Of a stretch of 64,000 bases of DNA, positions 41,798 through 52,170 are shown piece after piece (position 1 is the stretch's first letter; the number at the start of each line of letters is the position of its first letter). The DNA is from an uncultured Chloroflexia bacterium. GTDB taxonomy: Bacteria; Chloroflexota; Limnocylindria; Limnocylindrales; CSP1-4. The notes below the pieces were generated by a model. The model made no database searches, had not been told where the DNA came from, and worked only from the letters and a program-made list of their open reading frames with translations. Both the position numbers and the translations under genes were made by a program. The stretch covers positions 1 through 64,000 of the forward strand of contig CAVQJC010000014.1 of the NCBI GenBank assembly GCA_963712745.1. Direction: 5' to 3'.

Positions 41798-42807
41798 GTG
41801 GTGCACCGGAGCTCGATAGCGAGTCAGCTTCCACGCCAGAGGGGGACTCGGCCCCGGAGCGCGAGACAGACGTCTACGTCATCGGCGACGTCAATCCGGA
41901 CATCCTCGTCATCGACAAGGACGTCGTGCCCGAGTTCGGGCAGGTCGAGAAGTACGTCGGGACGATCCGCCTGACCGTGGGGGGCTCGTCGGCCATCACC
42001 GCCTGCGGCCTGGCCCGCCTGGGCCTGCGGGTGGCGCACGGCGGGATCGTGGGGGACGACATCCTCGGCCATGCCATCCTCGAAGCTTTGCGCCAGCGGG
42101 GCGTCGACACCTCCACCGTCTTGGTCGACCCGGCCATCCCCACCGGCGCCACCGTCCACCTGGGCACCGGCGACAACCGCGCCATGCTTACGGCCACCGG
42201 CACCATCGATCGGCTCGCAGCCGAGGACGTGCCGTCCGGGCTCCTGCCGCACATCCGGCACATCCACGCGGGATCGACGGGCATCCAGCCGAAGCTGCGG
42301 CCAGGTCTTCCGGCCCTGTTCGACAAGGCCCGGGCAGCCGGTGTGACCACGTCCTTCGACTCGAACTGGGATCCCGACCGGCGCTGGGAGGGCATCGATC
42401 CGATGCTGGCGGCGACTGACATCTTCTTCCCCAACGAACGGGAAGCCAGGCTCATCAGCGGCGAGTCGGACCCGCTGGAGGCGGCCCATGCGCTGGTGGC
42501 ACGGGCCGAGGCTGCCGGACGAGATGACTCCGCGGAGCCGCTGACGGTAGTCGTCAAGATGGGTGCCCAGGGGGCATTGGCCGTGCGTGGCGACCACGCG
42601 CTGCGGCTGCCGGCCGACAAGGTCAAGGTCGTGGACTCGACCGGTGCCGGCGACAGCTTCGACGCCGGGTTCCTCTATGGCTTCCTCGATGGACGTCCGC
42701 TGGCCGAATCGCTGGCCCTGGCGGTCGCCTGCGGCACGCTCTCGACCCGCGCGGTAGGTGGCGTCGACGGCCAGGCCACGCTGGAGGAGGCCACGGGTCT
42801 GCTGTAG
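41794..42807 (+). CDS. PfkB-family carbohydrate kinase
   Basis: GGSSAITACGLARLG, VGDD, PNERE, DSTGAGDSFDAG. Confidence 0.92.
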   Translation: MSGAPELDSESASTPEGDSAPERETDVYVIGDVNPDILVIDKDVVPEFGQVEKYVGTIRLTVGGSSAITACGLARLGLRVAHGGIVGDDILGHAILEALRQRGVDTSTVLVDPAIPTGATVHLGTGDNRAMLTATGTIDRLAAEDVPSGLLPHIRHIHAGSTGIQPKLRPGLPALFDKARAAGVTTSFDSNWDPDRRWEGIDPMLAATDIFFPNEREARLISGESDPLEAAHALVARAEAAGRDDSAEPLTVVVKMGAQGALAVRGDHALRLPADKVKVVDSTGAGDSFDAGFLYGFLDGRPLAESLALAVACGTLSTRAVGGVDGQATLEEATGLL

Positions 42808-42835
42808 GCGGGCGGGGCGCGCAGCAGCCTGGGGG

Positions 42836-43891
42836 TTAGCCCTCTTCGCGTTCGATCTGGCGACGTGAGGCCGGGGTGCGCCTGGACGTGGGAACGTCGG
42901 AGGCACCCTCGACGAAGGACGCTTCGCGCGCCCACGCTGCGGCCTGCTCCTGCTGCTCCACCGAGAGGATGCCGTGGCGTGCCAGTGAGGCCATCTCGTC
43001 GCGGATGTAGGTGTTGAGCATCTCCGGACCGTCGGTGTTGATGGTGTAGCGCACGCCGTTCTTGGCGAAGGTCTCGAAGATCCACACGAACTCGTCCCAG
43101 CCGGAGACCACTCGCGAGTTGAGGTTGCTGGTCGGGCACAGTTCCAAGGTGATGCCGCGCTCGCGGATCATGTCCATGGTCTTCTGGTCATACGCCGACT
43201 TCACGCCGTGACCCAGCCGGTCGGGCTCGAGGTGCTTGATGACCTGGGCCACCTCCTTGACCGGGCCTGACTCGCCGGTGTGAACGGTGATGCCCAGGCC
43301 CTTCTTGCGTGCCTGCCGAAATGCAGCCTTGTAGTCGGCCGGGTCGAAGGTCGAGGACTCCGGGCCGGCGATGTCGATACCCACCACGCCGCGGTCCCGG
43401 TAGGCGATGGCTTTCTCCACGATGATCTCGTTGAGATGCCTCGGGAAGGCGCGGTCCAGGCAGAGGATCAGTCCCGGCTTGATGGGGTACTCGAGAGTGG
43501 CCCGGTCCATGCCCCGGATGGCGGCGCTGATGATGTGGTCGAGATCCTGCTCGCCTCCCCGGTTGCGCTTCATGGGGTTGAAGCGCAACTCCATGGTCGT
43601 GACGTGGTTCTTGCGGTAGGCGCCGCCGATGACCTCGTAGACCGAGCGCTCCACGGCCAGCGGCGAGGACTGGATGAGCTCGGTCCAGTGGAACAGCTGC
43701 AGATAGCCGTCGAACGATCGGCCGCGCCGCTTGGACACGGTGATCATCTCGCGAAACTCCCAGTAATCCTTGCTCGGCAGGCGGATGCCCTGGGAGTGGG
43801 CGATGCCCCACATGATCGCGGGCGACACGGCACCACCGAGATGACAGTGGAGCTCAGCGAGGGGGATCTTGCGGGAGAGGACAGAGGCCAT
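42836..43891 (-). CDS. Adenosine deaminase family protein
   Basis: AELHCHLGG, ELRFNP, GIDIAG, VHTGE, RLGHG, CPTSN, NTDGP. Confidence 0.9.
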   Translation of the reverse strand: MASVLSRKIPLAELHCHLGGAVSPAIMWGIAHSQGIRLPSKDYWEFREMITVSKRRGRSFDGYLQLFHWTELIQSSPLAVERSVYEVIGGAYRKNHVTTMELRFNPMKRNRGGEQDLDHIISAAIRGMDRATLEYPIKPGLILCLDRAFPRHLNEIIVEKAIAYRDRGVVGIDIAGPESSTFDPADYKAAFRQARKKGLGITVHTGESGPVKEVAQVIKHLEPDRLGHGVKSAYDQKTMDMIRERGITLELCPTSNLNSRVVSGWDEFVWIFETFAKNGVRYTINTDGPEMLNTYIRDEMASLARHGILSVEQQEQAAAWAREASFVEGASDVPTSRRTPASRRQIEREEG

Positions 43892-43929
43892 GCGGCGATG
43901 CTACCGCGTGGCCTGGTCCCCGCGACGGC

Positions 43930-44355
43930 TCAGGCAGGCAGCGACACGGGCTGGGTCAAACGGATGTGGTTGCCGGAGGGGTCGCGGAAGCCGGCATCGA
44001 TGCCGTAGAACCGCTCTTCAGGGGGCTCGATGAACTCAACGCCAAGAGTGATCAACCGCTCGTAGTCGGACTTGATGTCGTCGGTCGTGAGGAAGATCCC
44101 GTTGGCCTGTCCCTTGCCCACGATGTCGCGGACCTGCTCCACGGTCGCCGCGTCGGGAATGGGTGGGCTGGCCATGGCCATGAGCACGATCGAGACGTCT
44201 GGCTGCCCGGCCGGACCGACCGCCAGCCAACGGAAGTCGCCCATCTCCGGGACCGTCACATCGGACCGAACTTCCAGGCCGACCTTGTCGACGTAGAAGC
44301 TCAGGGCCTCGTCCTGGTCGTGCACCCAGAGTTGGGCACTGGCGAGCTTGATCAT
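43930..44355 (-). CDS. VOC/glyoxalase family protein
   Basis: VHDQDEALSFY, FRWLAV, YGIDAGFRDPSGN. Confidence 0.9.
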   Translation of the reverse strand: MIKLASAQLWVHDQDEALSFYVDKVGLEVRSDVTVPEMGDFRWLAVGPAGQPDVSIVLMAMASPPIPDAATVEQVRDIVGKGQANGIFLTTDDIKSDYERLITLGVEFIEPPEERFYGIDAGFRDPSGNHIRLTQPVSLPA

Positions 44356-44409
44356 CGTTCCTCCTGTCGGGTAGGTGTCCGGCAGATCGGCCGTTCGACC
44401 CGGAGGAGC

Positions 44410-44847
44410 CTAGCCCGCCGGTGTGGCCCTGTCTTCTCGAAACGTGCGGCTTTGGGGCCGTGCGTGGGCGCGCATCACGCACGCCGGGATCATGGCCATG
44501 CGGCTGGCCGCCGGGTGCGCTGCCCGGTAGCGCAGCGGGGGCATGCCGAACACCCGAGTGAAGCTCGAGGTGAACGATCCGACGCTCTCCCATCCGACGC
44601 TCACGGCGATGCGGGCGACCGCCCAGTCGGTCTTGCGCAGCAGGGCCGCTGCGCGCTCGAGCCGTCGGGTGGTCAGGTAGCGATGCGGTGGTTCTCCGAA
44701 GGTGCGACGGAACTCGCGGCTGAAGTGAGCCTTGGAGAGTCGTGCCTCCCGCGCCAGCTCGGCCACCGTCAGCGGCTCCGCGTAGCGCGAATCGACCATG
44801 TCCCTGGCGCGGAGCAGGTGCCGGCTCGGGGGGAGCTCGCCCGTCAT
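44410..44847 (-). CDS. AraC-family HTH regulator (short)
   Basis: LSKAHFSREFRRTFGEPP, RRLERAAALLR, VGWESVGSFTSSF. Confidence 0.9.
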   Translation of the reverse strand: MTGELPPSRHLLRARDMVDSRYAEPLTVAELAREARLSKAHFSREFRRTFGEPPHRYLTTRRLERAAALLRKTDWAVARIAVSVGWESVGSFTSSFTRVFGMPPLRYRAAHPAASRMAMIPACVMRAHARPQSRTFREDRATPAG

Positions 44848-44981
44848 CACACCAGTATCGGGCAACCGGCGTGGTGCGGGCACCCCGCAAACGTGCATGA
44901 GTCGGCATTGACAGTCGTGCAACGCTGTGGCCGGACGTGGCTCGTCGGCGGCCTCACCGCCGGCAGGAGCAAGTAGGGAAC

Positions 44982-46034
44982 ATGCGCCTCACCGACTACC
45001 GGCCGGTCAGCAGACTGCGCTTGCGCGAGCATCTCATCGAGAAGCCGAAGTTCGGCGTGGTCGACGCCCACAACCACCTGGGGCCGGTCTTCAGCCAAGG
45101 CTGGCACGAGCGGCCCGTTTCGGAGCTCTTGGCCGTGCTCGATGAGGCCGGCGTGGAGACCATCGTCGACCTCGACGGCGGACAGGGCAAATCCTTCAGC
45201 GAGCACCACGCCAGGTACGCGGGCGCGCATCCCGCGCGCTTCGCCCATGTCGCGCAGCTGGCCTACGAGGAGTGGGTCGAGCGGCCCGACTTCGGCGAGA
45301 TGGAGGCCGCGCGCTTCGAGGATTCGGTGCGGCGTGGAGCGGTCGGCATCAAGGCCTGGAAGCCGCTGGGGCTCCGCGCACTTGATCCGGAGGGGAAGCT
45401 CGTGCCCGTGGACGATCCGCGGCTCGATCCCCTGTGGGCGATGGGCGCGAAGACGGGCGCCGTGATCATCGTCCACGTGGCCGACCCGATCGCCTTCTTC
45501 GACCCCCTCGACGAGCACAACGAACGCTGGGAGGAACTGCAGGAGCATCCCGACTGGCACTTCTGGCCGTCGCGGGCCGGGGCCGGCGAGCACGGCTTCC
45601 CTGGCTTCGACGAGATCATCGCAGCCTTCGAGCGGGTGGTGTCACGTCATCCCCAGACGACCTTCATCGGTGCCCACGTGGGCTGTGCCGCGGAGGACCT
45701 GGCGCTGGTCTCGGGGATGCTGGAGCGCAACCCGAACCTCTTCGTGGACATCTCCGCTCGCATCAGCGAGCTGGGCCGCCAGCCCTACTCCGCCCGCGAG
45801 TTCTTCCTCAGGTATGCCGACCGCATCCTCTTCGGGACCGACTTCGGCTACGACCCCGAGATGTACCGCATCTTCTACCGCTTCCTCGAGACCTTCGACG
45901 AGTCATTCGACTACGACCTCGGCGACTACCCTCAGCAGGGCCGCTGGCAGATCCACGGTATCGGCCTGCCCGACGACGTGCTGCGGAAGGTCTACGCGGA
46001 CAACGCCAGGCGCATCCTGCTCAAGGATCGCTGA
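44982..46034 (+). CDS. Amidohydrolase_2 family protein
   Basis: VDAHNH, GIKAWK, VHVADP, IGAH, RILFGTD. Confidence 0.9.
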   Translation: MRLTDYRPVSRLRLREHLIEKPKFGVVDAHNHLGPVFSQGWHERPVSELLAVLDEAGVETIVDLDGGQGKSFSEHHARYAGAHPARFAHVAQLAYEEWVERPDFGEMEAARFEDSVRRGAVGIKAWKPLGLRALDPEGKLVPVDDPRLDPLWAMGAKTGAVIIVHVADPIAFFDPLDEHNERWEELQEHPDWHFWPSRAGAGEHGFPGFDEIIAAFERVVSRHPQTTFIGAHVGCAAEDLALVSGMLERNPNLFVDISARISELGRQPYSAREFFLRYADRILFGTDFGYDPEMYRIFYRFLETFDESFDYDLGDYPQQGRWQIHGIGLPDDVLRKVYADNARRILLKDR

Positions 46035-46129
46035 GGGGACGCGCCGCGCGGGCACCGCGACGGACGTGCGTTCGGCCCCGCGGAGGACTAAGGTCTCGAC
46101 TTTCGAACCAGCAGGCGGAGTGAGGAAGC

Positions 46130-46756
46130 GTGCGTGACGTCGGGCGGCTGTCGTTGGCGCTCGGAGTGGTGGCTCTGGCCACCATCGTCGGCCTGGCCGG
46201 ACTGGCCCAGCTGAAGTTCAGCGCGTTCCTCTCCGACTCCGTGGGTGAACGGCTCGAGATCGTGGGCAGGACTGCGGCGCAGGATTTCGGCGCGGCCATC
46301 GACCACGGGCTGAGCGTCGCCGAGGTCGCCAACGGCCGCCAGATCCTCGAACGAGCGCGAGGTCACGATCGGTCCATCAGCGGCATCGCCGTCTTCGACC
46401 TCGATGCCGCCATCCTGCACACGGCCGGCGACATCCCGGACGGGGAAATCGACCCCCGGACGCAGGAGGCCTTCCGCGTGGTCGTCCTTGAGGACGCAGT
46501 GGACGCCTGGAGCATCGAGGCGGGGGACCAGATCAGGAGCGGAGTGGTCATCGATGGCAGCTTCGGTCAGCCGGTCGGGGGCGTCGTCGTCCACTATCCC
46601 GTCACCGAGATGCGCGAGCAGGAGGCTTCCATGATGGGCTCGCTCCTCTTCGACGCGGCCTGGATCGGACTGGTCGTTCTCATCGTCGTCGGAATCGTCT
46701 TCGCCGTGCTGCGCAGGCGCGAAGGAGGCGATGACCCCGAGGCTGACCAGGCATGA
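46130..46756 (+). CDS. Two-TM membrane protein with Cache-like extracytoplasmic domain and no output domain
   Basis: TM, ~140-aa loop, TM, short tail; the loop resembles the N-terminal loop of the next gene. Confidence 0.72.
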   Translation: MRDVGRLSLALGVVALATIVGLAGLAQLKFSAFLSDSVGERLEIVGRTAAQDFGAAIDHGLSVAEVANGRQILERARGHDRSISGIAVFDLDAAILHTAGDIPDGEIDPRTQEAFRVVVLEDAVDAWSIEAGDQIRSGVVIDGSFGQPVGGVVVHYPVTEMREQEASMMGSLLFDAAWIGLVVLIVVGIVFAVLRRREGGDDPEADQA

Positions 46757-48543
46757 ACCGCGCTGAGCAGGTCTCGCGCCGCCTCATCGGCATCATCGCC
46801 GGCCTGCTGGTGGTGGCGGCCATCCTCTTCGGAGCGCTCATCATCGAGGACTTCAATCGGGCACTCGAGCCGGAGCTCGAGCGACGTTCGGGGCTCATTG
46901 GGACCACGGTGCACGACGACGTGGAGCGCGCGCTGAACGTAGGCATCCCACTGGAACGGCTGGTTGGCGTGGAGGCCTACGTCGAGACGCTGATGACCGA
47001 CTTTGCTGAGCTCGAGTTCGTGGTCGTCCGCGACGGGGCCGGCACCGTCCTCCACTCGGGCGGCGACGTCTCGGAGGCGGTTCGTGCACAAGACTTCAAG
47101 GTCCCGCTTGAAGGCAGCGCTGAGGATGCCGGTTCGCTCGTCTCGCGCTACCCACTGGCGACCGAGCTCGGGACCGTGGGCGCCATCGATGTGGGCGTGG
47201 ACGGCGGGTTCGTGCGCGTCAGACTCGAGGATCTCGCACTCGATCTCATGGTTATCGTGGTCGTGGCGCTGGTGCTGGCGTACGAGCTGGCGCTTGCCGT
47301 GAGCGAGAGGGTGGCGGGTCGCGGACGGCGCCGCTCGTCGGGCGTGGCCGAGGCCAGGTTGGTCCTCTTCGTCTTCGTGGTCGGGGAGGAGCTGAGCAAG
47401 TCGTTCCTGCCGCAGTTCATCCTTGGCGCCACCGATCCGGGGGCGGCCCTCGACCCGGCGGTGGCGGTGAGCCTGCCGATCGTGGCCTACCTGCTCACTC
47501 TTGGCCTGGCCTCGCCTTTCGCCGGCAAGCTCGCCGGGCGTTACGGCGAACGCACTCTCTTGATGGCTGGCCTGGTGTTCGCGGCGGCAAGCCAGGTAGG
47601 CATGGTGGTCGCGGCGGACCTGCTTCAGATCACGGTGCTACGAGGCCTGACGGGAGTGGGATACGCGATCTCGACCATCGCCTGCCTTGAGTACCTCATC
47701 GAACGACAGCCTCGAGCCGATCGGATCCGTGCCACTGGAGCATTCATAGCCGTCGTGATCGGGGGCACATTCGCCGGGACTGCGCTAGGTGGCATCCTGG
47801 CCGACCGACTTGGATACCGTCCGGTGTTCGCCCTCAGCGCGGTCCTGGTGCTGGCCGCGGGGCTCCTGGCCTGGCGACTGATGTCGGCCGCGAGGACCGG
47901 GAGCCAGGCCGAGGAACCGCAGGCGTTCTCGATACGCGATGTCGCCGGCGTCCTGCACCAGCCAAGGCTGCTGGCACTCATGGCCGGGGTGACCGTGCCC
48001 ATGAACGTGTTGCTGGCCGCGTTCCTGTGGTACCTGGTGCCGTTGACACTGGCCGCGTCCGGCGAGAGCGCCGCAGTCATCGGCCGGACGCTGATGCTCT
48101 ACTACCTGGCCGTGTTGCTCGCGGCACCCGCGGTCGGCCGGTTGACCGCCGCCGGGCTCGACGCCAGGTTGCTGGTCGGCATCGGCTCCGTCATCAGCGG
48201 GGCGGTGCTGCTGATCCCGGCGGGCCAGCTGACGACGCTCGCCGTGTCGGTAGCGGTCGTGATCGTCGGCCTCGGCCACGCGGCGATCCGCGGGCCACAG
48301 CTGGTCCTGGCTATCGAGATCGGCGAGGCTGAACGCGCGGGGCTCGGGCGAGGCGCCACACTAGCGGTGATGCGGACGCTCGAGCGACTTGGAGCTCTGG
48401 TAGGTCTCCTCGTGGCGGCCGTGGTCGCGGCGCGATGGGACCTGCTGGTGGCCATGGCGGCGATCGGCGTGGCCACTGGCGTCGCGGGCGTGGCATACCT
48501 CTCGACCGTGCTTGTCGGAGAACGGGGCACCGCGCGTGTCTAG
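46753..48543 (+). CDS. MFS transporter with N-terminal extracytoplasmic sensor-like domain
   Basis: TM-loop-TM followed by an MFS body (GKLAGRYGER, LRGLTGVG, GGILADRLGYRPVF). Confidence 0.82.
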   Translation: MNRAEQVSRRLIGIIAGLLVVAAILFGALIIEDFNRALEPELERRSGLIGTTVHDDVERALNVGIPLERLVGVEAYVETLMTDFAELEFVVVRDGAGTVLHSGGDVSEAVRAQDFKVPLEGSAEDAGSLVSRYPLATELGTVGAIDVGVDGGFVRVRLEDLALDLMVIVVVALVLAYELALAVSERVAGRGRRRSSGVAEARLVLFVFVVGEELSKSFLPQFILGATDPGAALDPAVAVSLPIVAYLLTLGLASPFAGKLAGRYGERTLLMAGLVFAAASQVGMVVAADLLQITVLRGLTGVGYAISTIACLEYLIERQPRADRIRATGAFIAVVIGGTFAGTALGGILADRLGYRPVFALSAVLVLAAGLLAWRLMSAARTGSQAEEPQAFSIRDVAGVLHQPRLLALMAGVTVPMNVLLAAFLWYLVPLTLAASGESAAVIGRTLMLYYLAVLLAAPAVGRLTAAGLDARLLVGIGSVISGAVLLIPAGQLTTLAVSVAVVIVGLGHAAIRGPQLVLAIEIGEAERAGLGRGATLAVMRTLERLGALVGLLVAAVVAARWDLLVAMAAIGVATGVAGVAYLSTVLVGERGTARV

Positions 48544-49564
48544 GGTTCTGGCGACGGCTGTCACGCTTCTGATCACGCTGGCCGCCATAACGCCGTCGGC
48601 CGTCGACGCGGCGGACGACGACGCGGGCAGCGGACCGTTCGAGGTGGTCATGGTCACCTGGCGTGGCTGCGAGGATGCCTGCGCCGGCTTCTGGGACTAC
48701 CTCGACGCTGTCGGCCTCGACGTCTCCCCGACCATCCTCGACGCGAACCAGGATCGCGACCGACTGCCAGGCCTGGTCGAGCAGATCGACGCCCTGGATC
48801 CCGACCTCGTGGTCACCTGGGGCACGTCGGTGACGCTGGGGATCATCGGCACCGTGGACGGAGAGGAGGGGCCTCGCATTGACGATGTGCCGGCCATCTT
48901 CATGATCGTGGCAGACCCAGTGGGTGCCGGGATCATCTCGGAGACCGGCGTCTCCGGCAGGCCGCTCGTCACCGGCACGCACAATCGTGTGCCCGAGGCC
49001 GTGCAGATGCGTGTGCTGGCGGACTACCTCCCATTCGATCGTATCGGGGTCATCTACAACGACGACGAGCTCAACGCGGTGCTCAAGGCGGAGGAAGTCC
49101 GCCGGGTCGGGGCGGAACAGGGATTCGAGGTGGTTGAGCGCGTGCTAGCCAAGGACAAGGACGGTGTACCGCTGGTCGACGATATCCCGGTTGCCGTGGC
49201 GGAGATCGCCGACGCGGACGTGGACCTCATCTACCTTGGTTCGAGCTCGTTCCTGCTCGACAACGCAGACCTGTACACCTCGTCCGCGCTCGACCAGGGC
49301 CTGCCGCTGGCTACGGCCTACGAGGCCATGGTGCGAGACTCACAGGCCCTCATCGCACTCGGCAGTGCGTACTACAACGTGGGCCAGCTCGCCGGCTTTC
49401 AGGCTGAGCTGATCCTGCGCGAAGACCGGATCCCGGGGGACCTCGAGGTCGTCGGCCTGGACAGGTTCAGCGTGGTCGTGAACTTGGCGACTGCCAGGCA
49501 GCTGGAGCTCTACCCGCCCCTGCTCTTGCTACGATATGCGGACGTCGTCGATTCGAGCCAGTGA
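48536..49564 (+). CDS. ABC-type substrate-binding protein (ABC_sub_bind-like), no cognate permease or ATPase nearby
   Basis: Signal peptide; PDLVVTWGT, VADPVGAGII, VTG, IGVIYNDDELNA, YYNVGQLAG, VNLATARQL. Confidence 0.82.
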   Translation: MSRVLATAVTLLITLAAITPSAVDAADDDAGSGPFEVVMVTWRGCEDACAGFWDYLDAVGLDVSPTILDANQDRDRLPGLVEQIDALDPDLVVTWGTSVTLGIIGTVDGEEGPRIDDVPAIFMIVADPVGAGIISETGVSGRPLVTGTHNRVPEAVQMRVLADYLPFDRIGVIYNDDELNAVLKAEEVRRVGAEQGFEVVERVLAKDKDGVPLVDDIPVAVAEIADADVDLIYLGSSSFLLDNADLYTSSALDQGLPLATAYEAMVRDSQALIALGSAYYNVGQLAGFQAELILREDRIPGDLEVVGLDRFSVVVNLATARQLELYPPLLLLRYADVVDSSQ

Positions 49565-49581
49565 ACGACCCCATCGTTCAC
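49561..49581. terminator. Hairpin at the end of the three-gene module
   Basis: gtgaacga-cccca-tcgttcac. Confidence 0.45.
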
Positions 49582-49690
49582 ATCTGGCCGGTCATTCGAT
49601 TGGACAGCCGTACGATGGGGACGTAGCCTCGGCCTCCGACAGCGACCGGGGGGAGCCGGCCAGCCGTGGCCCACGAAGGAGGAATCCCCG

Positions 49691-50545
49691 ATGTCCGACT
49701 ACGCCAACCCCAACGCACTGGTCAGCCCCGAGTGGGCACAGCAGCACCTGGACGATCCCGGCGTCCGCTTCGTGGAGGTGGACGTCGATACCGAGGCCTA
49801 CAGCCAGGGACATATCCCCGGCGCGGTCGGCTGGAACTGGGAGACGCAGCTCTCGGATCGCGTCCGGCGCGACATCGTCAGTCGCGAGGAGCTCTCCGAG
49901 CTGCTCTCGAACTCGGGTATCGGCCCGGAGACACACATCGTGCTCTACGGCGACAACAACAACTGGTTCGCGGCCTGGGCCTACTGGCAGCTACGACTCC
50001 ACCGCGTGGAACGCGTGAGCCTCATCAACGGAGGCCGGGCCTACTGGCTGGAGAACGACCTGCCGCTGGTCCCCGATGTACCCGACTATGCCCCCACGGG
50101 CATCGAGGTGGCCGAGCCCGACTTTGCCACGCGCGCCTTCCAGCGCGACGTGGCCGACCAACTGGGTGATCCGGACCTGGCCCTGGTCGACGTCCGTTCC
50201 CCGGCCGAGTTCTCGGGCGAGGTGATGGCGCCCCCGGGTATGAGCGAGACGGCGCAGCGAGCGGGGCACATCCCCGGCGCCGAGTCAGCACCATGGGCCC
50301 AGACGGTCAACGAGGACGGCACGTTCAAGTCGGCCGATGAGCTGCGCGCCCACTACGAGGCCAAGGGCGTGACCGCGGACAAGGACGTGGTGGCCTACTG
50401 CCGCATCGGCGAGCGATCGAGCCATACCTGGTTCGTGCTGCACGAGCTGCTCGGCTACGAGCGCGTGCGCAATTACGACGGCTCGTGGACCGAGTGGGGC
50501 TCGCTCATCGGCGCACCCATCGAGAATCCGAGCGCTGGGGGCTAG
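49691..50545 (+). CDS. Thiosulfate sulfurtransferase (tandem rhodanese)
   Basis: GHIPGAV, LYGDNNNWFAA, DVRSPAEF, YCRIGERS, NYDGSWTEW. Confidence 0.94.
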   Translation: MSDYANPNALVSPEWAQQHLDDPGVRFVEVDVDTEAYSQGHIPGAVGWNWETQLSDRVRRDIVSREELSELLSNSGIGPETHIVLYGDNNNWFAAWAYWQLRLHRVERVSLINGGRAYWLENDLPLVPDVPDYAPTGIEVAEPDFATRAFQRDVADQLGDPDLALVDVRSPAEFSGEVMAPPGMSETAQRAGHIPGAESAPWAQTVNEDGTFKSADELRAHYEAKGVTADKDVVAYCRIGERSSHTWFVLHELLGYERVRNYDGSWTEWGSLIGAPIENPSAGG

Positions 50546-50551
50546 GACAGG

Positions 50552-51079
50552 CTAGGACGCGCCGACCTGGTCAGGGTCCAGGCAGAAGGTGAACATGCGC
50601 TCCGCCTCGATGCGCGCGTAGGCCACGCCCGGGTCGTCGAAGATGGCCGAGGCGGAGTCGCCGAAGCGGGCCCCGTAGTAGTCGAGCAGCACCTGGCGGA
50701 AGCCTCCGTCGTCATGCGACCTGGGGTCGATCTCGACGGCGCGACCGTGGGTCGTGACGCTGAGCGCTTCCGCCGGCAGGTAGGTGGCACTGACCGCGGG
50801 ACGCCGTCGGATGTGACGGAAGCGCAGTGACGCATCGCTCGAGCCGAAGTACCACTCACCCCGGTAGAAGAAGCCGTCCACCGGGCCGGTGATGGGCCGC
50901 CCGTCGGAAGTGACCGTGGCCAGCGTCAGCAGGCACATACCCTGGAGTCGATCGGCCAGCTGGCCGGCGGTCAGCCGGCGCTCGGGCGTGATGACCTCGC
51001 GGAGGTGCGACCCGGCCGACTCGTAGCTGGAGTCGAGCGTGGCCTGGAGCCGCGCCAGGTCCTCGGTCGTCTCGTGCAT
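50552..51079 (-). CDS. Pyridoxamine 5'-phosphate oxidase-like FMN/F420-binding protein
   Basis: LATVTSDGRP, RFRHIRRRPAVSAT, VTTHGRA. Confidence 0.82.
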   Translation of the reverse strand: MHETTEDLARLQATLDSSYESAGSHLREVITPERRLTAGQLADRLQGMCLLTLATVTSDGRPITGPVDGFFYRGEWYFGSSDASLRFRHIRRRPAVSATYLPAEALSVTTHGRAVEIDPRSHDDGGFRQVLLDYYGARFGDSASAIFDDPGVAYARIEAERMFTFCLDPDQVGAS

Positions 51080-51102
51080 CGGCCGGCGGCTGTCTGGTGC
51101 GA

Positions 51103-52167
51103 CTAGCCGCCGATAGCCAGGCCGTTGGCCGCCAGCGCGGCGGCACGGGAGCTACGGTTGCGCTTGGCCTCCTCGGGCACCTGGTCGCGGGCGTGGTAGG
51201 ACGAGCGCACGAGCGGTCCCGACTCGACATGCTTGAAGCCGAGCGCCAGGCCTTCCGCCTTCATCTCGACGAACTCATCAGGATGGACGTAACGCTCCAC
51301 CGGCAGGTGGTTGGGGGTGGGGCGCAGGTACTGGCCGAGGGTGAGGATGTCGCAGTCGACCGCGCGCAGGTCGCGGAACGTCTGGCTCAGTTCCTCGCGC
51401 GTCTCACCCAGGCCGACCATGATGCTCGACTTGGTGTGCACGGTCCCGGGCCGGCCGGCGAACTCGAGAGCCATGGCCTTGGCGTCGGCGAGGACTCGCA
51501 GCGAGCGGTCGTACCGGGCCCGCTTGCGCACCGGCTTCTGCAGCCGTTCCACGGTCTCGACGTTGTGGTTGAGGATGTCCGGCGCCGCCTCCATGACCGT
51601 GCGCAGGTCGGCGTCGAGGTAGTCGGGGATGAGCACCTCCACGCCCATGGCCGGACTGCAGCGGCGCATCTCGCGGATGGTCTCGGCGAAGATGCGGGCA
51701 CCGCCGTCATCAAGGTCGTCGCGGCAGACGCTGGTGACCACCACGTGCTCGAGGCCCATGACCGCGACCGCTTCGGCCACTCGACGCGGTTCGTCGTCGT
51801 CATCCCAACTCGGCCGGCCGGTCTTGACCGCACAGAATCCGCAGGCGCGGGTGCACGTGTCGCCGAGGATCATGACCGTGGCCGTACGCTCCTCCCAGCA
51901 CTCGCCGATGTTGGGGCACATGGCCTCCTCACAGACGGTGTTGAGCGTCTGGCCCTTGACCAGGCCCTTGAGCTCGTTGTAGTTGGCACCGGTCGGCAGC
52001 TTGGCCTTGATCCACTCGGGATGGCGCTTGCGATCGGGGCCGGTTCGAGCCGCGGTGGCGTCGACCGAGCCGCCCATGGCGATGGTCAGCGGCTGACCGA
52101 TCTCGGGCGAGCCGTGGCTGTGACAGCCCCCGCTGCCGTTGCTGAAGATCGGGAGTTCCTTGGCCAT
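51103..52167 (-). CDS. lipA: Lipoyl synthase
   Basis: [38 protein letters not shown]. Confidence 0.97.
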   Translation of the reverse strand: MAKELPIFSNGSGGCHSHGSPEIGQPLTIAMGGSVDATAARTGPDRKRHPEWIKAKLPTGANYNELKGLVKGQTLNTVCEEAMCPNIGECWEERTATVMILGDTCTRACGFCAVKTGRPSWDDDDEPRRVAEAVAVMGLEHVVVTSVCRDDLDDGGARIFAETIREMRRCSPAMGVEVLIPDYLDADLRTVMEAAPDILNHNVETVERLQKPVRKRARYDRSLRVLADAKAMALEFAGRPGTVHTKSSIMVGLGETREELSQTFRDLRAVDCDILTLGQYLRPTPNHLPVERYVHPDEFVEMKAEGLALGFKHVESGPLVRSSYHARDQVPEEAKRNRSSRAAALAANGLAIGG

Positions 52168-52170
52168 GTC

